Shown here: positions 63,270 through 64,000 of the stretch, one piece after another
Position numbering within the stretch: the first letter of the stretch is position 1
How the letters are laid out: each line of letters begins with the position of its first letter
DNA from: Glaucostegus cemiculus
Lineage: Eukaryota
NCBI GenBank assembly: GCA_976551045.1
Contig: CDPCPM010000044.1
Span: 2,356,001-2,420,000 of the forward strand
Direction: 5' to 3'
Length of the DNA stretch: 64,000 bases
Program-made: the position numbers and the translations under genes
Notes under the pieces: model-generated
The model's input: only the letters and a program-made list of their open reading frames with translations
The model's database searches: none
Told to the model about the DNA's origin: nothing

Positions 63270-63800
63270 CATTTAACTGATCACTGCACTGGTCATGCTA
63301 AAGATTAGAATGCTTGATAGAGAGCATTTCTTATAAATCTGCTGCTGGCTGCACTTGATTCAGTTTTCAGGAGCGTGGTGGCCAGTGCTCTTGCTCCAAG
63401 CTGTGGGAGCCTTACTTCAATGCTTATGTGTCGTTCCCACTTAAACTGTAGAACCTGGTTTCCATCTACCAGTCAGTAAACGTGTATCTCATGCAAACCC
63501 TAATCAGTGGGAGCTGGACGTTGATGAAAACAGGAGGTGTGGAGACTGGTTCAGCCTGATGACCAGGTGTACAATACTGGTGAGCTGCATTCCCCTCATG
63601 TTCCACAGTTCCCCCTGCTCCTCTACATCTTCGTCCACTGGAAATTCCAAGGGTTGTCTCCTTGCTGCTGGGAAAAGTTGCAGCAGAGTACGGCAAATCC
63701 GGAGATGGACAGGGCTTCTTTGCTGGATGCTGCAGCCCAGCCTGGGACCTAGTGGCTTTCTCTGCTGGGTAACTGGTCTGGGCGCAGCCCTCATTGCACT
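63270..63800 (-). mobile_element. Fossil PIF/Harbinger (HARBI1-like) transposase
   Basis: SIQQRSPVHLRICRTLLQLF...LEFPVDEDVEEQ, then VFINVQL..IRVCMRY, resembling ISQSAVHRCI..VT.ALF...I.FP.DE...F.NRKGFHS.NVQLVCD...VCARYPG. Confidence 0.45.
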
Positions 63801-63926
63801 ACATTAGTACAAAGAACTAAGATTATGAAATGCATGTAGTTAAAAATCAGATTCTGAGAATCCAGCTTCTAGTTGTAATCCCAGCTGAGGCTCCCTGTCC
63901 ATCACCTCAGATCACAATCCTGGCTA

Positions 63927-64000
63927 AATTTTTAATTTTTTTAAATTTTATTTACAGCGTGATAACAGGCCCTTTCGGCCCAATGAGTCTGCGCTGCCTA
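63927..64000 (-). mobile_element. V-SINE 3' tail (same family as 17947-18112), cut by the window edge
   Basis: aattttatttacagcgtgataacaggccctttcggccc is the reverse complement of the tail at about 18066-18106. Confidence 0.85.

Overview
Eukaryotic (vertebrate) genomic DNA, most likely a cartilaginous fish such as a ray, skate or sawfish, judged from the CR1 LINE, V-SINE/HE1-like, DeuSINE and Penelope-derived repeats. The window holds the 3' part of a membrane-associated collagen (MACIT) gene on the + strand that I recognise as COL25A1 (collagen XXV/CLAC-P). I assembled 18 short phase-0 GT-AG coding exons by hand (2448-54801), a terminal exon that opens with the stop codon (56063) and a long AU-rich 3' UTR that probably runs to about 61.6-62.8 kb. 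Nearly all of the ORF track is intronic noise or retroelement debris. Most notable: a tandem pair of paralogous exons that each end in DAPCxL (probably mutually exclusive), RBFOX/NOVA/QKI motif clusters around small exons, an inverted CR1 pair bracketing a 216-nt stop-free block of pure Gly-X-Y exons, a CpG-rich solo LTR, a Penelope-type palindrome with a hammerhead core, and Harbinger fossils. No prokaryotic features are present. I found no new biological system that the sequence alone can prove; the findings are hypotheses, and all family assignments come from recalled consensus motifs rather than database searches.
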